Origin: Octopus sinensis
Lineage: Eukaryota
DNA: 64,000 nucleotides
Assembly: GCF_006345805.1 (NCBI RefSeq)
Contig: NC_043004.1
Location: 98,394,001-98,458,000 of the forward strand
Reading direction: 5' to 3'
The notes beneath the pieces were generated by a model. The model made no database searches. It was not told where the DNA came from and was given only the letters and a program-made list of their open reading frames with translations. The position numbers and the translations under genes are program-made. Positions within the stretch are counted from its first letter, which is position 1; each line of letters starts with the position of its first letter. Shown here piece by piece: positions 52,346 to 64,000 of this stretch.

Positions 52346-52827
52346 ATATGTATATGTATATAAATATTTATGTGTAAGAGTATACGATGCTCTTTCTTTG
52401 ATGTCTGAAATATGATCAACATGTTGAAGATTCAGTTGAGACTTTGACAAAGGATATAAATGGCTATTTGTAAGATTAGTGTTGTTTACAAATCTGTGTC
52501 CTTCTAGAGAAAAATATATCCACGAACTTGTTATAAAGTGTCAGTACATTAGACGTAATTGTTTTGATTCGTGCAATAATATTTAATCGATTTTAACTTT
52601 TTAAATTACTTACATTTTTGTGATCTATTTATTTGTTTGTTTGAAAATTTGATGTATAAATACATTATCCGGAATATTGACAGTATAAATGGAAAGTGAT
52701 ATCTTCAAAACTTTAGCTATTTTCTATTTTATTTAATTTGTACAAGATAATAAGAAAAGTTTACAAGAAAACAATTATGATAAATACGTGTATGTATGTA
52801 TGTATGTATGTATGTATGTATGTATAT

Positions 52828-52867
<40 letters not shown>

Positions 52868-53899
52868 ACTGATATCATTTCTGGGAGTAACGTTTACTGT
52901 GAAGTTTCCTTTTCGTATTTTTCGATATTTAGTTCAAGCAAGTGCGGTAGCTAAATATATATTAAACAAATATTTCAATTCATTGAATATCCTAGCACAC
53001 TCAAGGCTATTACCGATCTAAATATGCTTGGGACATATTCGGACCCATAAGAAAGCCATTCATTGTGTTTTGTCATGGAGAAAATTTCACACTGTAGACA
53101 GATGGTGTAAATACCCCTAAAATCAGCTTTCAGCGCCATCTACCCGGACTGTGAGACGCAGACATTTTGGAGCGATTATCTCCTTTTCAGTCGCAATAAC
53201 TGGAGTGGTGTACGCAGCGAGCTGGTAGGGGAAATTGTCTCTCTCATGATATTCCAGTCATCGTATAATAACTGCTAGCGCTAAATACAAGGTTACTACC
53301 AGTTCAAATCTCTTGGAGCATTTTTGAACTGATAATAACTTTGTATTTATACACACCACTGCTTAGTGCTGCCACCCACTGATACACTGATACACAAACA
53401 TTAATATTGTGTATAGTGAGGCAAGCTTATTTTTGTTTGCCGTGTTTTAGAACACGCTTGAGGCTGTGACACCTACGTAGATTCTGAACAGTTTTTAGAA
53501 ATAATGTTTTACCACATTGAGATATAAAGCTGTAAACTTTTGAATTAACGAAGTAACTCCTAACCTGAAGTCATTGACCCTTGGGGTTTCACTAATAAAT
53601 TACTGTGAGATTATGAGCTGAAAACAAAATTTGTCGAGAGCAATAACTTTTTAGCTTGTGATTCATTAGGAAAATTCGTTGAAAGAAAGCTGTCCTTGAG
53701 GGCAAATATGACTGGAGACAACGGGGCAAGACCTTTTGCAAATAAAATAAACGCCCATACATGAAACTCGTGTGATACTCAGAGAGATAAAAACCTACGA
53801 TATGTGTTGCAGAAGTAAAAATTCGAGAGTACATACCAAGACGTAAAGGATAAATACTTGATAAATTTTACTTAGCTCAGTAGCTTCTCTTTATATTAT

Positions 53900-54110
53900 A
53901 GGTGCGCTGGCAGAATCATAAACGCGTTAGACAAAACACTTAGCGGCACTTTTGGTTTCTTGCATTCTGAATTCAAATTCCCCTGAGGTTAACATTGCTC
54001 TTTAACCCTTTGCGTTCGATACAAGAGGTACAAGTTGAGCATTGAGGTCGATGAAGTCGACTAATGTCTTCCCCATAAAACTACTGACCTTTTGACAAAA
54101 TTCGAACCCA
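53900..54110 (+). mobile_element. Degenerate SINE-A (alternative tail)
   Basis: GGTGCGCTGGCAGAATC..TTAGCGG..CTGAATTCAAATTCC..GTCGATGAAGTCGAC. Confidence 0.65.
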
Positions 54111-54515
54111 ATACTTATATTATGGTGGAAAGAGGGCAGTTGATAATTTAAATCTTTGTACTTGCCTGATATTTATTTTATTGACCGTAGAATGATAAAT
54201 AGCAGAGTTTATTAGAAGTGTTAAGGTTTGTATGCTAATGCAACTAAATATTCATACATTTCGTCCTCATCTCAGCCAATTCTGTGAACCTGCCACCCAG
54301 CATAATAATAATAACAATGGCAATGTCTGTGGTATAAATTCATTCATACGCTGGTATAAAGTACAGGTATATATAAATGTTTATAGAGAAAACGATTATA
54401 GTTGACTAAATCTAAAAAGTAGCGGTAAATCCTTGGTACTTACACAAATCTATTCGACACAATACTCGACTATTTCATTTTACACACACCCACACACACA
54501 CTCACACACACACAC

Positions 54516-54546
<31 letters not shown>

Positions 54547-54831
54547 TATATATATATATATATATACTGACATTGATGCAGCAACATTCTTAGTGAACCT
54601 AGCCGAAGAGAACTAATCAAATTTACGTTAACAAATGTAATTTGAAAAGTTCGAAACCTAGGTCCTAGATTATCTTCATTCTTCCTACAGGTAGGATGAA
54701 ACTTTTCAAGCTCGCCACCAGCAAACATCTTTACCAATATATATATCTACATACAATGAAGCTTTAATATAGATGTCAATATATTATTGATTGCTAATCC
54801 AGTAAATACTGGTGCATTGTTGTACCACTAT

Positions 54832-54908
<77 letters not shown>

Positions 54909-54912
<4 letters not shown>

Positions 54913-55320
54913 CGCAGGAGTAGCTGTGTGGTAAGAAGTTTGGTTCCCAACCACATGGTTCCGGTTTCAGTCCCACTGCGTGGCACCTTGGGCAAGTGTC
55001 TTCTACTATAGTCTCGGGCCGACCAAAGCCTAGTGAGTGGATTTGGTAGACGGAAACTGAAAGAAGCCCGTCGTATATATATATATATATATACGGATGT
55101 ATGTATTTGTGTGTCTGTGTTTGTCCCCAACATCGCTTGACAACCGATGCTAGTGTGTTTACGTCCCCGTAATCTAGCGGTTCGACAAAAAGGCCGATAG
55201 AATAAGTACTAGGCTTACAAAGAATAAGTCTTGGGGAGGTAGATTTGCTCGACTAAAGGTGGTGCTCCAGCATGGCCACAGTCAAATGATTGAAACAAAT
55301 AAAAGAGTAAAAGAGTGAAG
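54909..55320 (+). mobile_element. SINE family B
   Basis: Full length, directly after a (TA)n tract. Confidence 0.92.
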
Positions 55321-55324
55321 AGAG

Positions 55325-55510
55325 GACACATATCTAAATCGTATCAGGACAATTACCCCCACAAAACAATTCCCCGCGCTCCGACGACAACTACCCCCTA
55401 GGACAATTACCACCCTTGATTAATTACCCCCTCTCCAAAATATTCAGAAGTTTTAAATCATCATCTGTTGTCCTCAGGGATGATTGTCTTTGTGGAGATG
55501 TATTGTCCAT
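55325..55510. mobile_element. Possible MITE with repeated GGACAATTACCCC subterminal motifs
   Basis: Several GACAATTACCCC-like copies on the left and ATTGTCC/GGTAAATGCC inverse motifs on the right. Confidence 0.4.
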
Positions 55511-55899
55511 GGAGGTAAATGCCCTAGACTCCTCTAAATTCTAAATACATTCCTCTTTGAAGTCATCGTCGTCGATGTCTTCAACATCCACAACTCTTCG
55601 TAACCCCATCACTCATCTCACACTGTTGCCATCGTTACAGAAGCCGAGATTTTTCAAGGTTTACCACTCTTCCTCATTTTAACTCATTATCTAAACACAT
55701 CGTTCAGACAGCTCGATCACCATGGATTTCTTTTTCACCTTCAAAGGCTGTAGAAAACTATATGTCCATTGCACCTGTTGGATCATTTGACCACTGATTC
55801 ATTGCAACAACTCAGCGTACAGCAACATTTATCACAACACCCTATACGAGGTATTAGAGATAAGGTGGTTAATGATACGTCAGAGTGCTTGTTATGAGT

Positions 55900-56560
55900 A
55901 TGGCTATAACTTAGTATTTCATTACATTTATGTTACCGGTAATAAAGGCAGTTAGAGGTAATAAACGCAGGGTAACATCCAGACAATCGACTTTTGTGAG
56001 ATGAGCATTAATGGTTATCCAGAAACCTAAATTCTTTAAAAGTTTGAGGGCTTAAGGCAATTACCGATAAAAACAGATGCAAATTTTACCAGTTTGACAT
56101 TAGTTGCTAATACTCAACGGTCACTTTAGCCATTTTAATGAAAACCATAAATTACAATAAATCCATCGCAAACATTACGGAGAAACAAGCGAACGTCATT
56201 ATGTATGCTCGAAAGACGTTTGTCAAATAAAACCATGACTTATGGATCAATAGGAAATCCAAAGACACTTTCGGTATCATTATGTGTACCCGGCATTTCA
56301 CGTACACCAATGACACCATTAATATCTACATACGACGAAAAGATGTAACCTGGGAATCAAAGAAATCCAAAGACATTTTCGGTGTCATTATGTGTACCTG
56401 GCATTTCACGGACGCCAATGACAGCATTAATATCTACATACGACAAAAAATGTAAACTGGGAATCAAAGGTGGTCTTTATCGAGATGACGGCATTTTAAT
56501 TCTATAAATGACAATCCACGAACAACTAAGGAACTCATAATAGTTTTGTGCACGTTCGTT
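55900..56560 (+). mobile_element. Degenerate Penelope-like RT
   Basis: FYQFDI-like motif, NVIMYARKTF, and GGLYRDDGILI at 56469-56501; contains a 108-bp tandem duplication. Confidence 0.75.
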
Positions 56561-57579
56561 TGTGTGTGTGAGGTCGTTTGTACATTTATATGATATTTCG
56601 TTCAGTCACATACATTTAAAACTTATGTTACTGGTGTGTGTGTGTGTGTGTCTGTATCAGTGTGTATATCTATGTGAGTATATGTATATACATATGCTAT
56701 GTACACATATGTACAGACACAGACACACACGCGCACAGACACACACACAGAGTGAATGTTGAAGATCGGGAACAGTTGATAGAAGATTTGAGTGGTTCAG
56801 AAAGTAATGATCTACAACGGTTTTAAAGCATTTTGAAATACGATGAATTGAACAATCAATCTTGAAACGAGTACTTCGTAAATAGGACTTAACTTGAACC
56901 GCAAGCACATGTTCTGCCTGAAAAATTTTTAACATCTGCAGTAGAGCCTGTTTGTCGAAAACCGGCCTTGTTAGTTATATGAGATCTCATGACGGCATTT
57001 ACTAATTGAAGAGATGGACTTCTTTAGTAAAGAAGTAGCATACACCATATATACTTATACATACGTGTTTACAGTATATATGAAAGGAAATACACGTGTT
57101 GTTTATTGGGTTTTAATTAAACATTCCAAAGAAGAATTTGTAAATAGTTTGTTGTACATGCTACAACAAAACAAGGAATTTTCACATGCAAAGTGGACGG
57201 GAGTTATGAATTCTAACACGCTCATTAATTTATCTTCCATGTATTGGTAAACAAATTTAAACGGAAATGTATATTAAACAGAACAAAAGAAAGTTAAACA
57301 CATCAATTTGTTACGTGTGCTTTATGTTCTGTGATGGTAAGATAAAAAAAATAATAAACAATAGTCCGACGCGCGAAAGATAAATATTATTTAATGAACA
57401 CACTATTTGTATTTATGTGCTACTATTAGATTCATGTGCTGCGGGCATTCAATCAGTATTTTTAACATCTAGCGTGGTAGTACTAGGAAACCAGAGGTTT
57501 TAAAAACACTGTTTGTCATGCTCTCAGCACATGAAACTAATAGTAACACATAAATACATTTACAGCATTTATTACTATA

Positions 57580-57586
<7 letters not shown>

Positions 57587-57639
<53 letters not shown>

Positions 57640-57687
57640 CATACATACATACATACAACATACATACATACATAATACATACATACA

Positions 57688-57716
<29 letters not shown>
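57587..57716. repeat. (TA)n + (TACA)n microsatellite
   Basis: Visible. Confidence 0.95.
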
Positions 57717-57719
<3 letters not shown>

Positions 57720-58035
57720 ACTTTTACATTATGTATAGGCACTGAATACAATGTATTATATGTAAAAAATCTTCTATGTTTCGCTTTTGGATTTGGTTTG
57801 CAAGATTCTTTATATGAGTTCGTGTGTTGAAGTATATTCTATTGTGTCTGGGGAGAGTCATTTTCTTTTTGTGCCTCACAAGTTAACACACTCACCGGTA
57901 AAATTTCCACTTATTTTTATTTTCTTAAAATCTTGTATGTTTATGTATAAATATAAATTGTGCAATGTATTTCTCTTATATAGTTATATACGTATACATA
58001 TATACACACATATATGTATACATACACACACACTT

Positions 58036-58070
<35 letters not shown>

Positions 58071-58159
58071 ATTTATATATTATATGAGCTTATAAATATA
58101 TGTGTGTATATACAGGGTGATTGAAACGTAACACCCTATTTTCAAATGCTTATAAGTTA

Positions 58160-59997
58160 CACTGGACAACAAAATTTAAAATATTATGCTCATTATGAAT
58201 GCAAACCAACTTTTTCAGACTAATTTTTCATGCTGATTTCAAAATTTCACTCCATTTGTATGCAGCACGTGTCAGTTTTTCAGTAGATACCTGCAAATAT
58301 TTACATATTTGTGTATATGAAATCATTAACGTAATAAATAAGTACATATTATTTTTAGACAGTTGTTGGCATCCTTTTTGTCTCGGGAGACAATGGAGTT
58401 GCGCATAAAATAGTCTAGTCCGGCTTTTACATTTCATGTCCTAATACATTTCCTGCTGTGGCTGTGTAGTCCTATTCTGGAAAAACACTCCCTCTGGCAG
58501 GTGCCGCAAATGTAGCGAAGACTGTTCCTGGCTGGTTGTATTTTCATAGTTTCTTGTTGACGTCTTTTCTTGTCTTTCCATTTCTCCTCTCTCTCTGTCA
58601 CTCCTTTGTATTCCCTCTTTTACGGTACGTCGCCAATCTCCACGGTTGCTGGCAACTGCTTCCCAATTGCTAATATTGATGTTGCAGGCCTTCATGTCCC
58701 TTTTGCAAACATCCTTATAACGTAAGAACGGTCTTCCCACAGACCTAGTACCCCTAGCAAGCTCTCCGTAGAGTATGTCCTTGGGGATTCTGCCATCATT
58801 CTACAAAAGTGAATACACAAAAATTGGGTGAGACACAACAAACTTCGAACAACAGTGTTAGAAACATTGTGATTTGGATTTCCTGTGGTGTTCCTGATCT
58901 GGTTGATCACTGTAAAGTGTCCAGCAATAGTCAACCAGCATACTGTCATTCAAGAAGCCTTGGTACCGTTTCTCTATAGCACTAATGTCCTTGTGAAATC
59001 TTTCCCCATGTTCATCAGACACTGCGAAGAAATCTAGATGGGAGTTCAAGAAGTGAACGTTCAGTGGCATGCGACAACCTATTGCTGTGTAACATTTCAG
59101 AACATTCTTGATGCCGTCATTGTAATTCATTGCCTTCTTGTTGCCCAAGTAATTCTTACAGATCCGATAGAAGGCATTCCAGGCAAGCAGTTCCAGTTCA
59201 CCCAATCTTGTCTGGAATTTACATCGCAGAATCCAAATTGGGATACACAGTTTTGTGTTTTTTCTTCATAGAAAATCCTGTGACATTTACTTTGCAAAAA
59301 TAACAGTCATTAAAATGCTCTTTCGGTTCCCTCCATATCATTGGAATGGCAAAAGGCATGGACTCCTTATTATTGAACCAGTCACGTAAGCCACTTGTGC
59401 AAGCTGAACGGATAAAATGTGGTGTCCATAGCTTGTCCTGATCGCCAAGAGGACAATCAAAGTATAGCTCATAAATCTTCTCAATCCTTGGTGTTATTGT
59501 GCATTTTTGAGCTTTCACAATAAACTGTCCACAAACAACAAAACACATCAAGACGATTTTTACTCTGTTTTATCTTTGCCAAGACTGTAAAACAAGAAAG
59601 GAACTAGATACAAACGGTTATACTTATATTGAATTTGAGATGATGAAATATTTCATCAGACCAATTATGAATGGACAATTGGAGATATTGAAATACCTAT
59701 TTCATCAGACAAAACTTGATTATTTAATTTAAGATGATGAAATATTGCATCTGAACTATGCAGCAATGAATAATGTAGTTTATTTTAAAGGTATGTTTCC
59801 ATGAAGTAAATGAAATACATGCATACACGTCATTAATTGGAATTTCTGTATAATATATGAGCTAAAACCAAAAACCTTTCTCATCTTGAAAACTGTACGC
59901 GATGTCAAAAAACTAATTGTATATCTGAAATCAACATTAAAAACTATACTAAGTACACATTGACATATGCTTGATGAAAAATAGTTGTAGACCAGTA
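58160..59997 (-). mobile_element. Chapaev3-like (CMC superfamily) DNA transposon, internally deleted
   Basis: Ends CACTGGACAACAA / TTGTAGACCAGTA with TSD TTA on both sides. N-terminal C..CG..LGDQDK.W.PH..PMIWREP..H..DCYFC is joined to C-terminal HFLNSHLDFF..SDEHGERFHKDI..YCW. The family name is from recall. Confidence 0.8.
58362..58810 (-). mobile_element. 5'-truncated RTE (BovB-like) LINE tail inside Chapaev
   Basis: DGRIPKDILYGEL..GRPFLRYKDVCKRDMK..WE..A.NR..WR, then a tail CCATTGTCTCCCGAGAC..GATGCCAACAAC. Confidence 0.85.
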
Positions 59998-60519
59998 TTA
60001 ATTATTAATTGTAATTTTTACAAAAAAAATGTCTATAACAGCTTTTAGTATGAGGTTTTATTTAAAATTCAATATGGGCTCCAGGTGTCGCTACCAGCTA
60101 CTTGAGTTGGCCAGGAATTGCGTCAACTGATTTCATCAGGAATTCTTATGAGATGGAAGAAGACATAACTCCTCGTTTTCGCTCTTCAAGTTCTTCCAAG
60201 GTCTTTGGCTTGGTACAATAGACTTGTTCTTTTAAACAACCCCAAAGAAAGAAATCATAAGGTGTTAAGTCGGGACACCTGGCTGGCCACTCATGCGGAC
60301 CACAACGACCCATCTATCTCAGCCATTCACGAACGACAAGAGTATTAAATTCTCATACTTCGAAGAACAAACACAAAAGATTTGAGAAAAACTCCAATTA
60401 ATAAATTATTTACAAGTATTCTAAAAGAGAGTGTTACTTTACAATCACCCTGTGTGTGATTAATTTTATACAGATATGCATAAATATATATGTATAATTT
60501 GAAGTGATAAAAAATATTT

Positions 60520-60965
60520 TATTTATGCTGAAGCGTTTAAGAGAGAATTGTCTCAAAGAAAGAAATTTGAAGCATGGTCAGACAAAACATGGCGTTGCTC
60601 CACGGTGATACACCTGCTCACGAATTACCTTTAATCATCGACTGTTCGGCTAAACATGGGACGAATGAATTTTGCTTTTACTTGACCTAACTATGCAGAA
60701 CTGGATCTTAGGGACTTTTTGTACCAAAGACTAAATGCACTCTGAAAGGCTACCGTTTTCCGATTAACCAAGAGGTCCACGAAAATTTGTCACGCGATCT
60801 TGGCACCACAATGCCTCACAATTGATTCTCAAGTGAGAAATAAATCGTTGGAGACAGAATATCGACAGGGCGGGAAAGAATTCTGATAAAATTGTGGGTA
60901 AAGGAACAAATTTGTTTGAATTTTCTGTTTTATAAAGTTCAGATTCTCTTCTGACTGACCGCAGA
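60520..60965 (+). mobile_element. Degenerate Mariner C-terminal fragment
   Basis: AWSDKTW.LLH.D.PAH, LKGYRF and RWRQ-like motifs, with frameshifts. Confidence 0.6.
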
Positions 60966-60969
60966 TTTG

Positions 60970-61262
60970 AATGTGTGAGTGTGTGTGTGTGTATGTGTGT
61001 GTGTGTGTGTGTGTGTGCGTTTGCGTCCGTGCGTTCTGTATACTTATATATTCATAATACACAAATATCAATAGCCTACTTATACAGCCCTCCCCGCTTT
61101 CTTTCTCTCTCTCTCTCTCTCTCTCACTCACACACACACACACACACACACACACTCCCTCTCTCTTTCTCACACACACACACACTCCCTCCCTCTCTCC
61201 CTTTCTCTCTTTCTCACACTCACACACTCCCTCTCTCTCTCTCTTTCTCACACACACACACT

Positions 61263-61300
<38 letters not shown>
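60970..61300. repeat. (GT)n, (CT)n and (CA)n compound microsatellite
   Basis: Visible. Confidence 0.9.
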
Positions 61301-61303
<3 letters not shown>

Positions 61304-61734
61304 AAATTTTCGATATTCTGCATGATCAAAACAATATTCATGCGTCTGCTCACGGTTACATAAAAACTAAAAATTGTAATGTTTTCCTGATACATTCAAA
61401 AGTGGCAAAGAAGACATAAGGCAACAATCTACAAGATTTCCCTATAGCAATTGATTAGGCATAATTGATATATACACATAATGGGTGTCTGCTTAATTGT
61501 GTGTGTGAGAGAGGGAGAAAGAGAGAGAGTGTGTGTGTGTGTATGTGTGTGTGTATACAATGCAAAAATTGATTTAACAACAAATACCAATGGAAAATGA
61601 ATGTGGTACAAAGAATAGGAATTAAAATTTGATTGTGTTGCCCCAAAATTTTGGCATACATTATCAAATCTATATTGCACAGACCCACAAAATTCAGATG
61701 AAAAGTAGTCATTTAAATCGGCACTAGTATTTGA

Positions 61735-62110
61735 TTGGGGCATTGTTTTATTGATCCCCGAAGGATGAAAGGTAATGCCAATCTCATCTGAATTTAAACT
61801 TAGGTTTTAAAGGGACGTAATTAAACAACAAAAGACATTGTGTCCAGTTCTCTAACAATTCTACCATCTTATTAAAATAAATTAGACTATGAATGAATAC
61901 AAATAATCAGCGATATTAAACACAAAACAAAGCTAGAAATTTAGAGGCGAGAGTAGTCCAGAATAAATCTTCCAAAGTCATCATTGATTGATTTGTATTA
62001 TATGTTGTACCAACTCGAGAACGATCAAAGGTAAATTCACTTCGGTAGGATTTGAACTCGGCATGTAAAAAGACACTGCTAAAAGCCCCGTAAGGTATTT
62101 TACCAAATGC
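61735..62110 (-). mobile_element. Two degenerate SINE-A fragments
   Basis: GATCCCCGAAGGATGAAAGG..GAATTTAAACT and GGATTTGAACTCGGC motifs. Confidence 0.55.
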
Positions 62111-62689
62111 TCCACCTTTTCCTGTCATCCAACAAAAGGGAAAGGAAACTGAAAGACACGAACAGAAATAATGAGTGGTCTTCAAAATAAAGTCACTGGG
62201 ATTGTATAAGAAACCTAATGATTTTTTTTTTTTTTGTGCGCAAATTTTTTTTTATGCAGTATATTTTCTCTTTGCTTCTAATGCCGATGTCTCTCGGCAT
62301 GGTTATTATATTGGCTTTAATGAGACAGCTCATTGTTTGTTTTTCATCGATAGTATCAATAATTATTAATGTTTAAGTGTTTCATGAATTAACAAGGTTT
62401 CTCTTGTGTATTCAATCAATTGTGACCTTGTCATCTGTTGGGCTGAGATTTAGATGCTGTTACATCCCTTGGCTTCGATTCTTCCGGATTATCACTAAAT
62501 ACATACATTTAGTTGAAAGCTCTTACAATGCTGCCAATTCAATGTCCTTTCTTGTTAATTAATATCGATTTCTTATTGGTTACAAACACTATAAAGACGT
62601 AATCACTAAATAAGCCAATTTTGCATGGCAGTTTCAATTTTAAGAAGAAGTAATTTCATTTTGCTTGCCCTAATGAATATTTCAAATTT

Positions 62690-62880
62690 TGACACAAGGC
62701 CAGCAATTTTTAGAGGACAAGTGTTAGTCAACACAGGTACTTGAATGGTACTTATTTTATCAAACCCGAAAGGATAAAAGGCAAAGTCAAACCTCGGCGG
62801 AATTTGAATATAGAACGTAATGAGCCGGAAGATATGCTGCTAAGCTTTTTATCCGACGCGATGACCATTCTACCAGCTCT
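62690..62880 (-). mobile_element. Old SINE-A (alternative tail)
   Basis: GACACAAGGCCAGCAATTTT..GGTACTTATTTTATC..CCTCGGCGGAATTTGAA. Confidence 0.75.
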
Positions 62881-62971
62881 CTTTCCTTCCTTATCCTAGT
62901 GAAGCTAAATGAAAATGTTTCAATGTCACAAAATATATATTCTCACAAAATAGATATTCTCACAAAAATAA

Positions 62972-63400
62972 GGTGTAGGAGTGGCTGTGTGGTAAGTAGC
63001 TTCCTTACCAACCACACGTTTGCGGGTTCAGTCCCACTGCGTGGCACCTTGAGCAAGTGTCTTCTACTATAGTCTCGGGTCGACCAAAGCCTTGTGAGTG
63101 GATTTGGTAGACGGAAACTGAAAGAAGCCGTCGTATATATGTGTATGTATATATATATATATATGTGTGTGTGGTGTGTGTGTGTGTGTGTATGTGTGTA
63201 TATGTTTGTGTGTCTGTGTTTGTTCCCTCAACATCGCTTGACAACCGATGCTGGTGTGTTTACGTCCCCGTACCTTAGCGGTTCGGCAAAAGAGACCGAT
63301 AGAATAAGTACTAGACTTACAAAGAATAAGTCCTGGGGTCGATTTGATTCGGCTAAAGGCGGTGCTCCAGCATGGCCGCCGTCAAATGACTGAAACAAGA
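62972..63400 (+). mobile_element. SINE family B
   Basis: Full length. Confidence 0.92.
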
Positions 63401-64000
63401 AAAAAGATCAATAACAGTTTGTTTTTTTCCTTGTCAAAACTAATATCAGTTTCTAGTTACAAAAACATATGTCTCCTTGGGAAATTTGCTGTTGTTCTTT
63501 AGTTCCAGGTCAATTATGATCAAGCAGACATTTGACGAAAAGTATTCTAGATTATTCGGTCTTTCCGTATATTGGGAACAACAATGTTTAGTGAATTTTG
63601 TTTTTTGATTTTTTTTTTAAGATGACAAGGTACAATTTGAGTAAGATCTAGTAGTTGTTTCTAGCAAACCCTAGTGATTCCCGTAGAAGATTTGAGAGAT
63701 GGCGTGATGTTCATGTCGAACTTAAGGGAATTAGCAGAATACATCAAATATAATGGCTATCAAACAGTCATCAAATTAATTATATAGACTCGGCTCCTTC
63801 GACTTACTTTGGTTACTAGCGGACACAGGGAATATTTAAAATTAACAAAATAGAATTCTGTACCATTTCATATAAAACTGCTTCAGAATAAAAGGTTTTA
63901 GTAGCAGTCAGCAATAAAGATACCAGTCAATAATAAAGTGTTAGGTGGATAGGATCAGCTTGCTATTTCTATAATGTTAGGCAAATATGATAGAGGCTAA

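Larger units (their letters stand above)
58113..60452 (-). mobile_element. Deleted Tc1/mariner (maT-like) element hosting nested insertions
   Basis: ~35-bp TIRs CAGGGTGATTG..GTAACAC; C-terminus EWPARCPDLTPYDFFLWG.LKEQVY..PKTLEEL..GAHIEF* at ~60310-60063. Confidence 0.85.

Noticed and set aside
59690-59703. A sixth GAAATACCTATTTC 14-mer
   Set aside because: It lies inside the Chapaev element as part of a local TGAAATA..TTTCATCAGAC duplication, with no SINE sequence around it; treated as coincidence.

Overview
Eukaryotic, AT-rich, repeat-saturated intronic or intergenic DNA. It is most likely from an octopod cephalopod (Octopus-like); this is my recognition of the SINE and microsatellite repertoire, not a database result. 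I cannot support any host protein-coding gene. Almost every ORF in the track is a microsatellite read-through (HTYI/MYVC/YI), a SINE read-through or a transposon remnant. The window holds about 20 loci of tRNA-derived SINE family A, about 11 of family B and two minor SINE families (C, D). It also holds a 5'-truncated RTE-type LINE with a 9-bp TSD, Dong/R4, CR1-like and RTE remnants, and several Penelope-like remnants. Other elements are a 1.2-kb solo LTR, Mariner/Tc1, hAT-Charlie and Chapaev3-like DNA transposons, and a ~290-bp palindrome. The most interesting signal is that SINE-A inserts as multimers. A trimer and a tetramer, each mixing unit variants, sit inside a single TSD, and the same 14-nt hairpin junction GAAATACCTATTTC recurs five times. 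This points to serial template jumping between different SINE RNAs during one insertion. Other notable items are a GTCGA-N5-TCGAC hairpin at the tail-swap boundary of two SINE families, two RTE copies both landing in SINE-A heads, and a 175-bp inverted templated insertion with a 20-bp target duplication.
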